From positions 1-64,000 of the forward strand of contig JBMNIW010000005.1 of NCBI GenBank assembly GCA_050951325.1: DNA of 64,000 nt. The letters are read 5' to 3'. This DNA comes from Clostridia bacterium (GTDB lineage: Bacteria; Bacillota; Clostridia; UBA1212; DUPL01). Positions within the stretch are counted from its first letter, which is position 1, and every line of letters begins with the position of its first letter. Below, in pieces: positions 50,452 through 58,846 of the stretch. The notes under the pieces are model-generated. The model saw only the letters and a list, made by a program, of their open reading frames with translations, did not search any database and had not been told where the DNA came from. Made by a program: the position numbers and the translations under genes.

Positions 50452-51396
50452 ATGAAAATTAAAGGTTTTGTCAAAATTCTAATTGTTTTCACAGTCATAA
50501 CACTTGCTTTATGCATGTTGGTATCCTGTGCTCCCAACAAAAAAACTCAGCAAGATTCGGGAGCTTTTTTCTGGGAAGTGACGGATGGTGATGGCAAGAA
50601 GTTGTATCTGTTGGGCTCGATTCATGTTGCTGATGATGATATCTATCCTTTTAGCGATGTGATTGTGAATGCGTTCAATGAAAGCTCTGCATTGGCAGTG
50701 GAGGTGGATATTGACGCTCTTGAAAAGGATGTGCAAATGCAAATAGAGGTTTTGCAATATTTCATGTATGACGATGGTTCCACAATAGAAGACCATATTG
50801 ATGAAGAGCTGTTCGAAAGAGCAAAACAGTATCTTGTGGAACGAGATATGTACAGTGAAACCTACCTGCTTTTGAAACCAATATTCTGGGCTGAGCTGCT
50901 AAGCCAGACTGCTGCTGAAAAAACAGGACTCTCTTTTGAAAAGGGTGTTGACATGTATTTCTTGAAAGCGGCAAAGAAGGCCAAGAAGGATATTCTGGAA
51001 GTTGAGTCTGCTGTTGATCAGGCAAGTGCCATGGCAACCCTCAGCGACAATCTGCAGGCGTTTTACCTAGAGGATACGCTGAACAATGTCGGCAATCTGG
51101 TAAAGGAGACCTTGGATTTGTATGAGCTTTGGAAGGAAGCTGATGTAGAGAAGCTTGAGAAATATGTTTACAACGAGGATAAGAAAAAGGCCTTGTCGGA
51201 TGAACAGTTGGAGGTATTCAATGAGTTTGAGAAGGTCATGATTGTTGACAGAAACAAACACATGGTTGAGAAAGCTGTAGAATACATAAATAGCGGAAAA
51301 ACAGTCTTTTATGTAGTTGGTGCAGCTCACATGGTAGGTGATAGCGGACTGGTTAATCAATTGGAGATGAAGGGATACAAGGTAGTCAAAAGATAA
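50452..51396 (+). CDS. TraB/GumN family lipoprotein
   Basis: Lipobox LVSC; YLLGSIH, GVD, E....Q, DRN..M, VVGAAH..G..G. Confidence 0.9.
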   Translation: MKIKGFVKILIVFTVITLALCMLVSCAPNKKTQQDSGAFFWEVTDGDGKKLYLLGSIHVADDDIYPFSDVIVNAFNESSALAVEVDIDALEKDVQMQIEVLQYFMYDDGSTIEDHIDEELFERAKQYLVERDMYSETYLLLKPIFWAELLSQTAAEKTGLSFEKGVDMYFLKAAKKAKKDILEVESAVDQASAMATLSDNLQAFYLEDTLNNVGNLVKETLDLYELWKEADVEKLEKYVYNEDKKKALSDEQLEVFNEFEKVMIVDRNKHMVEKAVEYINSGKTVFYVVGAAHMVGDSGLVNQLEMKGYKVVKR

Positions 51397-51423
51397 ATCT
51401 GAAAGGGAATTGATTAAAGTAAT

Positions 51424-52164
51424 ATGAGAAGAATGAGAATTGTTATTCTAATATCGGTTATACTGACAATAAACTGCATGTTGGTTGTATCCGCAGAGGA
51501 TCGTCCCATGATTGTTCTTGATAATGAAACTTATGCTGATGTATTTGGGAATGTAAGCCACGTTAGCGAACTGTATTATGAAAATGGTGCTATAAAGGTT
51601 ACCTTTACACCAGGAGGAAACGACCCTTACATATATTTGCCTTTATCGCTGATGGGCGATATACCTTGTAACGAGTACAAGGTTTTGGCCATAAAGATGA
51701 AAGCACCCCAGCCTGGTTCAGGCAACCTTTATTTTGCAACTGACAGGCATAACAGTTTGGATGAGAACAAGAATGTACGTACATCGGAGTACAGAGCGGA
51801 TGGCAAATGGCAGATAGTAACAGTGGATTTCAGCACCAACGAGTATTATGAAGGCGTAGTTACCCAGTTTAGGTTCGACGTCTATCCGAAAAGTGTGGAT
51901 GGTGTTTTGGAAATAGAATGGATTGCCATGTTTCGTTCACTGGAGGAGGTAAAGGAAGTAGAAGGTGGCGATGTGGAAGAGCCAGAGGAGACACCTAAAT
52001 ATGCAGGTCCTACAAGGACCCCGGATTATGTGCCTCCAAAGACAAAAACAGATGCAAGAACAAGCGTGTTGATGGTATTGTTCGGTGTTCTTTTTGCCTG
52101 TATTGTAGCTGCACTGATAATATCCATATTATACTTGAGAAAGGTGAAAGAGGCGCAATATTAA
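51424..52164 (+). CDS. Secreted CBM-like beta-sandwich protein with C-terminal TM
   Basis: Signal peptide; DPY, DGKWQ...VD, QFRFD, IEWIA; TM and basic tail. Confidence 0.6.
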   Translation: MRRMRIVILISVILTINCMLVVSAEDRPMIVLDNETYADVFGNVSHVSELYYENGAIKVTFTPGGNDPYIYLPLSLMGDIPCNEYKVLAIKMKAPQPGSGNLYFATDRHNSLDENKNVRTSEYRADGKWQIVTVDFSTNEYYEGVVTQFRFDVYPKSVDGVLEIEWIAMFRSLEEVKEVEGGDVEEPEETPKYAGPTRTPDYVPPKTKTDARTSVLMVLFGVLFACIVAALIISILYLRKVKEAQY

Positions 52165-52248
52165 CCATTTGGTCATATTCTAATCTTGACTTTTCAGGCA
52201 GGGAAACGGTAATATAGACTTATATTATTAATAAAATATGGTGATCAA

Positions 52249-52788
52249 ATGGATAATTATTGCATGTTTGATAGAATAGTTTTAATAGGTATGCCGTGTT
52301 CAGGAAAATCCTCAATTGGCCGTGCCCTTGCAGAATACTACAATTACGAGTTTGTAGATATGGATGATTTGATTGTAGAAAAAGCGGGCATGTCGATTGA
52401 GGAGATTTTTGAAAAATTAGGTGAGGATCAGTTCAGGGAGTTTGAGTACCAGGTAAGCTGCGACCTGAGGAATATGAGCAAAATTATAATTGCCACCGGA
52501 GGTGGCGTGGTTACAAGACAAGAAAGTATAGAATCAGTAAAAGAAGGCAGTTTTGTGATATTTATCCACAGGGAGTTTCTGCGTCTTGCAACTACCCCAA
52601 AGCGTATTCTTGACAAGAGACCGATGCTGAAGAAGACGACTTTTGAAGGTCTTTTGCAGCTTTACAAAACAAGGCTGCCTCTGTATAGAAAGTACGCTGA
52701 CGTTGAGATATCAAACGATAACAACAGAAGCGATGCAATATCCAAAATTATTAGAATTATACATAGGAAGAGTGTGGGGCTGGAATGA
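52249..52788 (+). CDS. aroK: Shikimate kinase
   Basis: IGMPCSGKS, D.D, IF...GE..FR..E, ATGGG, RP. Confidence 0.94.
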   Translation: MDNYCMFDRIVLIGMPCSGKSSIGRALAEYYNYEFVDMDDLIVEKAGMSIEEIFEKLGEDQFREFEYQVSCDLRNMSKIIIATGGGVVTRQESIESVKEGSFVIFIHREFLRLATTPKRILDKRPMLKKTTFEGLLQLYKTRLPLYRKYADVEISNDNNRSDAISKIIRIIHRKSVGLE

Positions 52789-53219
52789 AGATTCTCGTAA
52801 TAAACGGACCAAATCTGAACATGCTGGGCATTAGGGAAAAGGATGTTTACGGATCCATGACTTATGAAGATTTATGCAATTATATCATGAATGAGGCTGA
52901 AAAACTCAATGTGGAGGTGGAGATTTTTCAGTCAAATCATGAAGGTGCAATCATAGATGAGATTCATAAGGCTTACCAGAAATTTGACGGAATCATAATT
53001 AATCCAGGTGCGTATACTCATTACAGCTACGCTATTTATGATGCACTAAAAAGTGTTGATATAAAAACGATTGAAGTTCATATCAGCAATATCCATGAGA
53101 GGGAAGAGTTCAGAAAAACATCAGTTATTAAAGATGCATGCATTAATCAGATATCGGGATTTGGATTTGCTGGGTATATAATGGCTCTTGAAGAGCTTGT
53201 ACTTGAAGGTAGGGATTGA
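52785..53219 (+). CDS. aroQ: Type II 3-dehydroquinate dehydratase
   Basis: NGPNLN.LG.RE..YG, QSNHEG, INPGAYTHYS, EVHISN. Confidence 0.96.
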   Translation: MKILVINGPNLNMLGIREKDVYGSMTYEDLCNYIMNEAEKLNVEVEIFQSNHEGAIIDEIHKAYQKFDGIIINPGAYTHYSYAIYDALKSVDIKTIEVHISNIHEREEFRKTSVIKDACINQISGFGFAGYIMALEELVLEGRD

Positions 53220-53755
53220 TTTTATTGGGAAAAGGATTGCGCCCAGATATTTGGGTTTCAGACATATATTCAATTAATCTTGGATATCTAAAGGATATTG
53301 GAATAAAGGCATTGTTTTTTGACATTGACAACACACTGATTCAATACTCGGATCATGAGTCCGACGACAGGCTGGATGCATGGCTTGAAAAAGTGTTGGA
53401 TGAAGGTTTTGGTGTTGGCTTTTTGTCAAATGGAAAGGATGAAAGAATTTTTTCTTTTGCAGAAAAGGTAACTGTGAAAGGAGAAACACTTACCAAACAT
53501 CCTAATTTTAAAGTTACAGGCAGTGCAAGGAAGCCGCTTTCAAAAGGTTTTAGAAAGCTTGCCGGCAAGTTCAATTTGAAAAAAGATAAGGTTGCTATGG
53601 TTGGCGACCAGCTGTTTACAGACATATTAGGTGGAAACTGGTTTGGCTGCTATACCATTTTGGTGGACCCAATAAACAGGGATGACGACCATTGGTTTGT
53701 TACCTTTAAGCGTCATTTTGAAAAACCCTTTTTGAAAAAGTTTAAGAAGAGCTGA
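53216..53755 (+). CDS. YqeG-family HAD IIIA phosphatase
   Basis: FDIDNTL, LSN, A.KP, MVGDQLFTDILG. Confidence 0.92.
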   Translation: MILLGKGLRPDIWVSDIYSINLGYLKDIGIKALFFDIDNTLIQYSDHESDDRLDAWLEKVLDEGFGVGFLSNGKDERIFSFAEKVTVKGETLTKHPNFKVTGSARKPLSKGFRKLAGKFNLKKDKVAMVGDQLFTDILGGNWFGCYTILVDPINRDDDHWFVTFKRHFEKPFLKKFKKS

Positions 53756-53759
53756 TGAC

Positions 53760-54626
53760 ATGACCAGAATAAACGGAGCTACAAAACTGTATGGATTAAT
53801 TGGACATCCCGTCAAACATTCCTTGTCCCCGTTGATTCAGAATACTCTGAGCATTGTAATGGGGATTAACAGTGTTTATCTTTGCTTTGATGTTTCACCT
53901 GAACAGCTTGAGGAAAAAGTGAAAAACCTTATTGGTGTGGGAGTTGAAGGATTCAACGTAACCATGCCTCACAAGGAAGAAGTAATCAAGTATATTGATG
54001 AAATGTCAGAAAGTGCTTTGTATGTCGATGCTGTCAATACGGTGTTTGTGGACAAGGGTATTGTCAAAGGATTCAATACGGATTGTGACGGATTTGTACG
54101 AAGCCTTAAAGAAAGCTTTGGTTGTGGGGTAAAAGGGGACAGTGTACTAATGCTTGGGGCAGGAGGAGCTGCAAAGGCTATTGCAGTTGGCTTGTTGCAA
54201 GACGGCTGTAAAAAGCTGTACATAAAAAACAGGACATTGAAAAGAGCATACGACCTGAAAGAGTCCTTGCCAATTTATGCGGACAGGATTGAAGTTTTGG
54301 AAAATGAAAAACATATCCATGAAGATGTTGATGTAATTGTCAACACGACCAGCGTTGGCATGCATGGCGCTTTGGAAGGGAAAAGTCCGCTTCCTGAAAG
54401 TTTCAGGTTTAATACAAACCAAAGAGTTGTCGATATTATTTACAGTCCTTCCGAAACACTTCTCTTAAAGCAGGCAAGAGGGAAAGGTGCCAGTACATTG
54501 AATGGCTATTCCATGCTGTTCTGGCAGGCGGTCATTGCGTTTGAGATTTGGAATGATGTTAAAGTTGGCAAGAATGAACTTGATAAGATTTTGAAGATAT
54601 TAAGAGAAAATGGAGTATTGATATGA
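53760..54626 (+). CDS. aroE: Shikimate dehydrogenase
   Basis: HSLSP, NVTMPHK, AVNT, NTD..G, GAGGAA, NRT, NTTSVGM. Confidence 0.95.
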   Translation: MTRINGATKLYGLIGHPVKHSLSPLIQNTLSIVMGINSVYLCFDVSPEQLEEKVKNLIGVGVEGFNVTMPHKEEVIKYIDEMSESALYVDAVNTVFVDKGIVKGFNTDCDGFVRSLKESFGCGVKGDSVLMLGAGGAAKAIAVGLLQDGCKKLYIKNRTLKRAYDLKESLPIYADRIEVLENEKHIHEDVDVIVNTTSVGMHGALEGKSPLPESFRFNTNQRVVDIIYSPSETLLLKQARGKGASTLNGYSMLFWQAVIAFEIWNDVKVGKNELDKILKILRENGVLI

Positions 54627-55696
54627 AAACAAGAATAGAGTTGTTTAGAGAAAAGTTAAGCGAAAAGCAAATAGAATCAGCCCTTGTTACATCGTGGCAG
54701 AATGTGTTTTATCTATCTGGTTTTACGGGATTTGGAGATGCATTCATATTTATCACGCAAGAGTCCCAGTACATTTTGACCGATTCCAGATACTTGGTGC
54801 AGGCAAAGGAAGAATGTGTAGATTTTGAGATTAAAAACATACCCGTCAGTGATTTTAAAAAGATAGCCGGATTTATTAAAGAGCAGAATGTCAAAACCAT
54901 TGGATTTGAAGATTATAACATCTCGTATTTGACCTACAAGAAAGTGACAGAACTTTGCGAAAATTGCGAGTTCACAGCAATTGGAGGCATAATTGAGGGA
55001 CTGAGATGTGTGAAGAGTGTGGAAGAGATTGAGTTGATTCAGAGAGCTTGTGATATTGTAGTTGAAACCTTTAATGACGTGCTTGGGATTATAAAAGAGG
55101 GGGTCAGTGAAAAAGAAGTAGCTGCTGAGATTGAGTATGGTATTAGAAAGAGGGGAGCTGAGAAAACCTCGTTTGACACAATAGTGGCATCCGGCTTCAG
55201 AGGAGCTCTTCCACATGGTACCGCTTCTGATAAGAAAATAATGAAAGGCGAAGCCATTACAATGGATTTTGGCGCATTCTACAACGGGTACTGCTCCGAT
55301 ATAACTAGAACCGTCTTTTTGGGAGAGCCGGATGAAAAGATGAGGAAGATTTATGACGTTGTGTTGGCTGCCAATATTAAGGCAATAAACTCATTTGAAT
55401 CCGGCATGACAGGAAGAGACCTGGATCTGATTGCAAGAGAGCATATTGCAGGCGAGGGATATGGGGATGAATTTTCCCATGGACTTGGTCACGGAGTGGG
55501 CGTTCAGGTGCATGAAGAACCGAGAATAAACAGATTCGGGGATAAGGAACTTGCCAAGGGCATGATATTCAGTATTGAGCCTGGTATCTACGTGGAAGGC
55601 CTTGGAGGAGTCCGGATAGAGGATTTAGTAACGGTGGTGGATGGAAAACTTAAAGTCCTGACAAAGAAAGCCCCGAAAGAGATGATTATATTATAG
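54623..55696 (+). CDS. Xaa-Pro aminopeptidase (M24)
   Basis: TDSRY..QA, PHG, DFG...GYCSDITRT, HG.GHGVG..VHE.P, EPGIY, GVRIED. Confidence 0.94.
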   Translation: MKTRIELFREKLSEKQIESALVTSWQNVFYLSGFTGFGDAFIFITQESQYILTDSRYLVQAKEECVDFEIKNIPVSDFKKIAGFIKEQNVKTIGFEDYNISYLTYKKVTELCENCEFTAIGGIIEGLRCVKSVEEIELIQRACDIVVETFNDVLGIIKEGVSEKEVAAEIEYGIRKRGAEKTSFDTIVASGFRGALPHGTASDKKIMKGEAITMDFGAFYNGYCSDITRTVFLGEPDEKMRKIYDVVLAANIKAINSFESGMTGRDLDLIAREHIAGEGYGDEFSHGLGHGVGVQVHEEPRINRFGDKELAKGMIFSIEPGIYVEGLGGVRIEDLVTVVDGKLKVLTKKAPKEMIIL

Positions 55697-55702
55697 AAAA
55701 CC

Positions 55703-55727
55703 AAAGCTGCCAATAATGGCAGCTTTT
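55703..55727. terminator. Bidirectional terminator
   Basis: AAAGCTGCCA-ATAA-TGGCAGCTTT. Confidence 0.65.
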
Positions 55728-55728
55728 C

Positions 55729-56103
55729 TTAATCTTTTTTGTACAGTATTGTAATATTTCTGTCAACGAATCCAATTCCTACAGCCTGGTAATTCCTTAG
55801 CTTGTGTGCAAACTTGCCATTTTTCAAGTAGTTTGATACGTTGTACTCAAAAATCTTTTGAACATCTTCCCATGTCCCATCATGTTTTATACCAAACGGA
55901 TTGCCTCTTGTGGTGAAAACCTCACAGCAGGCCCAGTCTTCGTCTTCTTCATCAAACTCGTCTGTGGCCACCAGTTCCACGGACCATTCATCGTCTACAT
56001 TATCATATAAATTGAAATTAACAGCAACAGTACCGCTGGGCAATTTCTTGCGAAGGACGCTGTCCAGCCAATAGTCAAATTCAGTTAATTTGTTTATATA
56101 CAT
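55729..56103 (-). CDS. Hypothetical acidic protein
   Basis: GGGGAG SD; TTGAAA-N17-TATAAT promoter; 124 aa. Confidence 0.75.
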   Translation of the reverse strand: MYINKLTEFDYWLDSVLRKKLPSGTVAVNFNLYDNVDDEWSVELVATDEFDEEDEDWACCEVFTTRGNPFGIKHDGTWEDVQKIFEYNVSNYLKNGKFAHKLRNYQAVGIGFVDRNITILYKKD

Positions 56104-56233
56104 TTTCTCCCCACTTTCATATCATAATTCTCACAAATGCAGATTATACCATTAGGAGCAATATATTTCAAGGAGAAATACCTGTTGACAGATAATGACT
56201 AGGTTGTATAATTTTCCTTACAGGAGGTGGAAT

Positions 56234-56839
56234 ATGGTTCCGGAGTATATAAAACATGCAGGAAAGGTTATTAAAGAAGATGACACCCATACAGAAGTAG
56301 AGCTGGTTTGCGAGTGTGGCGAAAAATGTTTTCATGTATTCAAGAATGAGCCCACCGATGAAGAAATCAGCAAAATCGCGCAATGGGAAAAACGATTAAA
56401 GGGCTTTAGAAAAATTGAGGGAATGTCGGATGAAGAAGGGAATGTATTTTTAGTAAAACGAAATATATTTGGGAAGATTGTTGACAAGGTAAGAATCAGC
56501 GACATGCCCGAGGTGTCTAAAATTAACTTTCTAAAGAGTATATGTGTGTCCTGCGGCAGGGAGTATGTTGTTTTTGACAATAGAATTCATGGATATGATG
56601 CCAATTGTGAGAGTGAAACCAAGGACATTTCATATAATGGTTTTGTATTTGCGAAAGTTTCTGATGAAGCCCTGCGGATAGTTGTAAAATATGAAAACAA
56701 TAGTGAAAGCTATGAGGAGTATGTTGAAAGCTTTGGATATGTAAGCAGGGAAAAGTTCTCCAACATGTTTGGATGGATATATATATATGGTTATAACGAA
56801 AAATCAAGGAGACTGATTTTTGAAGAAGAAACGTCATAA
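56234..56839 (+). CDS. Hypothetical protein with CxCG and CxxCG motifs
   Basis: AGGAGG SD before ATG 56234; TTGACA-N16-TATAAT promoter. Confidence 0.75.
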   Translation: MVPEYIKHAGKVIKEDDTHTEVELVCECGEKCFHVFKNEPTDEEISKIAQWEKRLKGFRKIEGMSDEEGNVFLVKRNIFGKIVDKVRISDMPEVSKINFLKSICVSCGREYVVFDNRIHGYDANCESETKDISYNGFVFAKVSDEALRIVVKYENNSESYEEYVESFGYVSREKFSNMFGWIYIYGYNEKSRRLIFEEETS

Positions 56840-56841
56840 GA

Positions 56842-56864
56842 AAAGGGTGCATTTTGCACCCTTT
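56842..56864. terminator. Bidirectional terminator
   Basis: AAAGGGTGCA-TTT-TGCACCCTTT. Confidence 0.65.
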
Positions 56865-56871
56865 CAATTAA

Positions 56872-57324
56872 CTAATCATCCAGTTCTTCGTCATCTTCGT
56901 CATCGTAATCACCACAGATATCACACATGCAGCACTCATCGTCGTCATACAACTCAAGTTCTATCTCTTCGCCGCATGCTGGGCAGGTGAATACTGTGAA
57001 GTCTTCATTTACCTGATCTTCTGAGAATGTAATGATACCTTTGCAGGCAGGACAGACGATTGTATCAATGTCCTCATCATCGTAATCGAAATAATCTTCA
57101 TCTTCGTCATCATCGAACAGGACGCTTTCCAAAAACTCTGTACGATCCTCTAGATCATCAGCGGTTGTTGCAAAGTCATCTTCCAGTTCTTCAACAGTCA
57201 TTGCAATGTCGTCCAATACCTCTATGATTTCCCTAAGTAGCCTTCCTTCGGAGGTATCACTACTTATATTCATACCATCTGCAAGACCTTTCAGGTAGCT
57301 TACTCTTTCCAACAAATAACCCAT
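56872..57324 (-). CDS. CD1247 N-terminal domain acidic zinc-ribbon protein
   Basis: ERVSYLKGLADGM...EGRLL..II.VL; two CPAC motifs; downstream of efp. Confidence 0.85.
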   Translation of the reverse strand: MGYLLERVSYLKGLADGMNISSDTSEGRLLREIIEVLDDIAMTVEELEDDFATTADDLEDRTEFLESVLFDDDEDEDYFDYDDEDIDTIVCPACKGIITFSEDQVNEDFTVFTCPACGEEIELELYDDDECCMCDICGDYDDEDDEELDD

Positions 57325-57368
57325 ATCAGCACCTCCACTCTTAATATTATTGTAAAATCCATTCAGTT

Positions 57369-57926
57369 TTATACTCTTTCAATATAATCGCCGGTACGTG
57401 TATCAATCTTGATTACGTCACCATTTTCAATGAAAAGTGGCACTTTGACTTGAGCATTGGTTTCCACGGTAGCGGGTTTTGTTGCTCCTGTAGCAGTGTC
57501 GCCCTTGAATCCGGGCTCAGTGCTGATAACTTCAAGTTCCACAAACATCGGAGGTTCAATACCGAAAACATTGCCCTTGTAGGAAAGAATCTTGCATGTG
57601 TCGTTTTCTTTGACGAATTTCAAAGCATCGCTTACAGTTTCTTCATCGATAGGCAACTGTTCGTAAGTTTCCATATCCATGAAGTAGTACAATCCATTGT
57701 CACTGTACAGATACTGCATGTCCTTTCTCTCTATGTGAGCTCTTGGCATTTTATCGGATGGGTTGAAGGATTTCTCCAGTATGGTTCCTGTTATAACATT
57801 CTTTATTTTGGTTCTAACAAAAGCTGCTCCTTTGCCAGGCTTTACATGCTGAAATTCAACAACCTGATAAACCTGTCCATCAAGCTCAAAAGTAATTCCA
57901 TTTCTAAAATCTCCAGCTGAAATCAT
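57369..57926 (-). CDS. efp: Elongation factor P
   Basis: [27 protein letters not shown]...IDTR.G.Y. Confidence 0.98.
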   Translation of the reverse strand: MISAGDFRNGITFELDGQVYQVVEFQHVKPGKGAAFVRTKIKNVITGTILEKSFNPSDKMPRAHIERKDMQYLYSDNGLYYFMDMETYEQLPIDEETVSDALKFVKENDTCKILSYKGNVFGIEPPMFVELEVISTEPGFKGDTATGATKPATVETNAQVKVPLFIENGDVIKIDTRTGDYIERV

Positions 57927-58056
57927 ATTTGTCCTCCATATATAATGTCAAATTTAAACGGTCTTAGTTATTATACATTAATTTAAATAGCTGTACAAGA
58001 GTAAAAAGTATCTTTTTGCCAAAAGAATAAGCACAAGCTTATTGTATCCTGATTTA

Positions 58057-58494
58057 TCATGAATTAATCTGATTTTGCTTTCCCTTGTGCTTGATTATGA
58101 ATTTCTTCATATTGTCCACTGTCTTTTTGTTTATAAAATGTTCGATTTTCTCAACCTGTTCAAGTTCGCTTTCTGAATTGTTAAGAATACAAAGAAATTC
58201 ATTAATGACATCATGCCTGTAAAGAAGGTAGTCACCAATCTTTTGGCCTTTTTCTGTAGGAACTATGTATCCATATTTCTCAAATTTGACAAGACCTAAT
58301 GTTTTTAGGTTGTTGACCATTTTTGAGGCTGAAGATGGTTTGACATGAAGGTTTGCAGCAAGCTCACTTATTCTTACATACTCTTTCGTTACCCTTAGTC
58401 TGCAAATCATCTCAAGGTAGTCCTCCATGGAAGACGTAAGTTTTGCTTTGTCGATCATCTGATAACCTTTCAGTGTATAAAATTTCTTATCCAA
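58057..58494 (-). CDS. DtxR/MntR-family metal-dependent regulator
   Basis: SMEDYLEMI, V.PSSASKM, T.KG......RH, E..EH; TTG 58494 behind AGGAGG. Confidence 0.9.
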   Translation of the reverse strand: MDKKFYTLKGYQMIDKAKLTSSMEDYLEMICRLRVTKEYVRISELAANLHVKPSSASKMVNNLKTLGLVKFEKYGYIVPTEKGQKIGDYLLYRHDVINEFLCILNNSESELEQVEKIEHFINKKTVDNMKKFIIKHKGKQNQINS

Positions 58495-58515
58495 TTTGCA
58501 TCCTCCTTTCCTGTA

Positions 58516-58564
58516 ACAACAAAGGACGTCAATCCATATAATATCTTTGGGAAACAAAGTTTCC
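58516..58564. promoter_or_regulatory. sigma-K-like promoter and palindromic putative metal-regulator site
   Basis: AC-N17-CATATAATA; GGAAAC-AAA-GTTTCC at 58550-58564 between divergent regulator and feoA. Confidence 0.45.
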
Positions 58565-58596
58565 TTAAACTAATATATTTAGGAGATGTGGAATAT

Positions 58597-58836
58597 ATGA
58601 GTAAAATACCGACATTAAACGATTTGAAGCAGGGTCAGAAAGCACGAGTGAATAAAATCATTACAAAAGGTACAATCAGAAGAAGACTACAGGACATGGG
58701 ATTCATTGAAGGAAGCATGGTAGAATGCCTGCAAAGAAGTCCTTTGGGAGATCCTACTGCGTATCTGATAAAAGGCTGCGTAATTGCTCTCAGGTCAGAA
58801 GACTCATCAAGCATACTTGTATCTGAAGTCATTTAA
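58597..58836 (+). CDS. feoA: FeoA family protein
   Basis: RRRL.DMG, SPLGDP, IALR. Confidence 0.93.
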   Translation: MSKIPTLNDLKQGQKARVNKIITKGTIRRRLQDMGFIEGSMVECLQRSPLGDPTAYLIKGCVIALRSEDSSSILVSEVI

Positions 58837-58846
58837 GAGGTGAATT

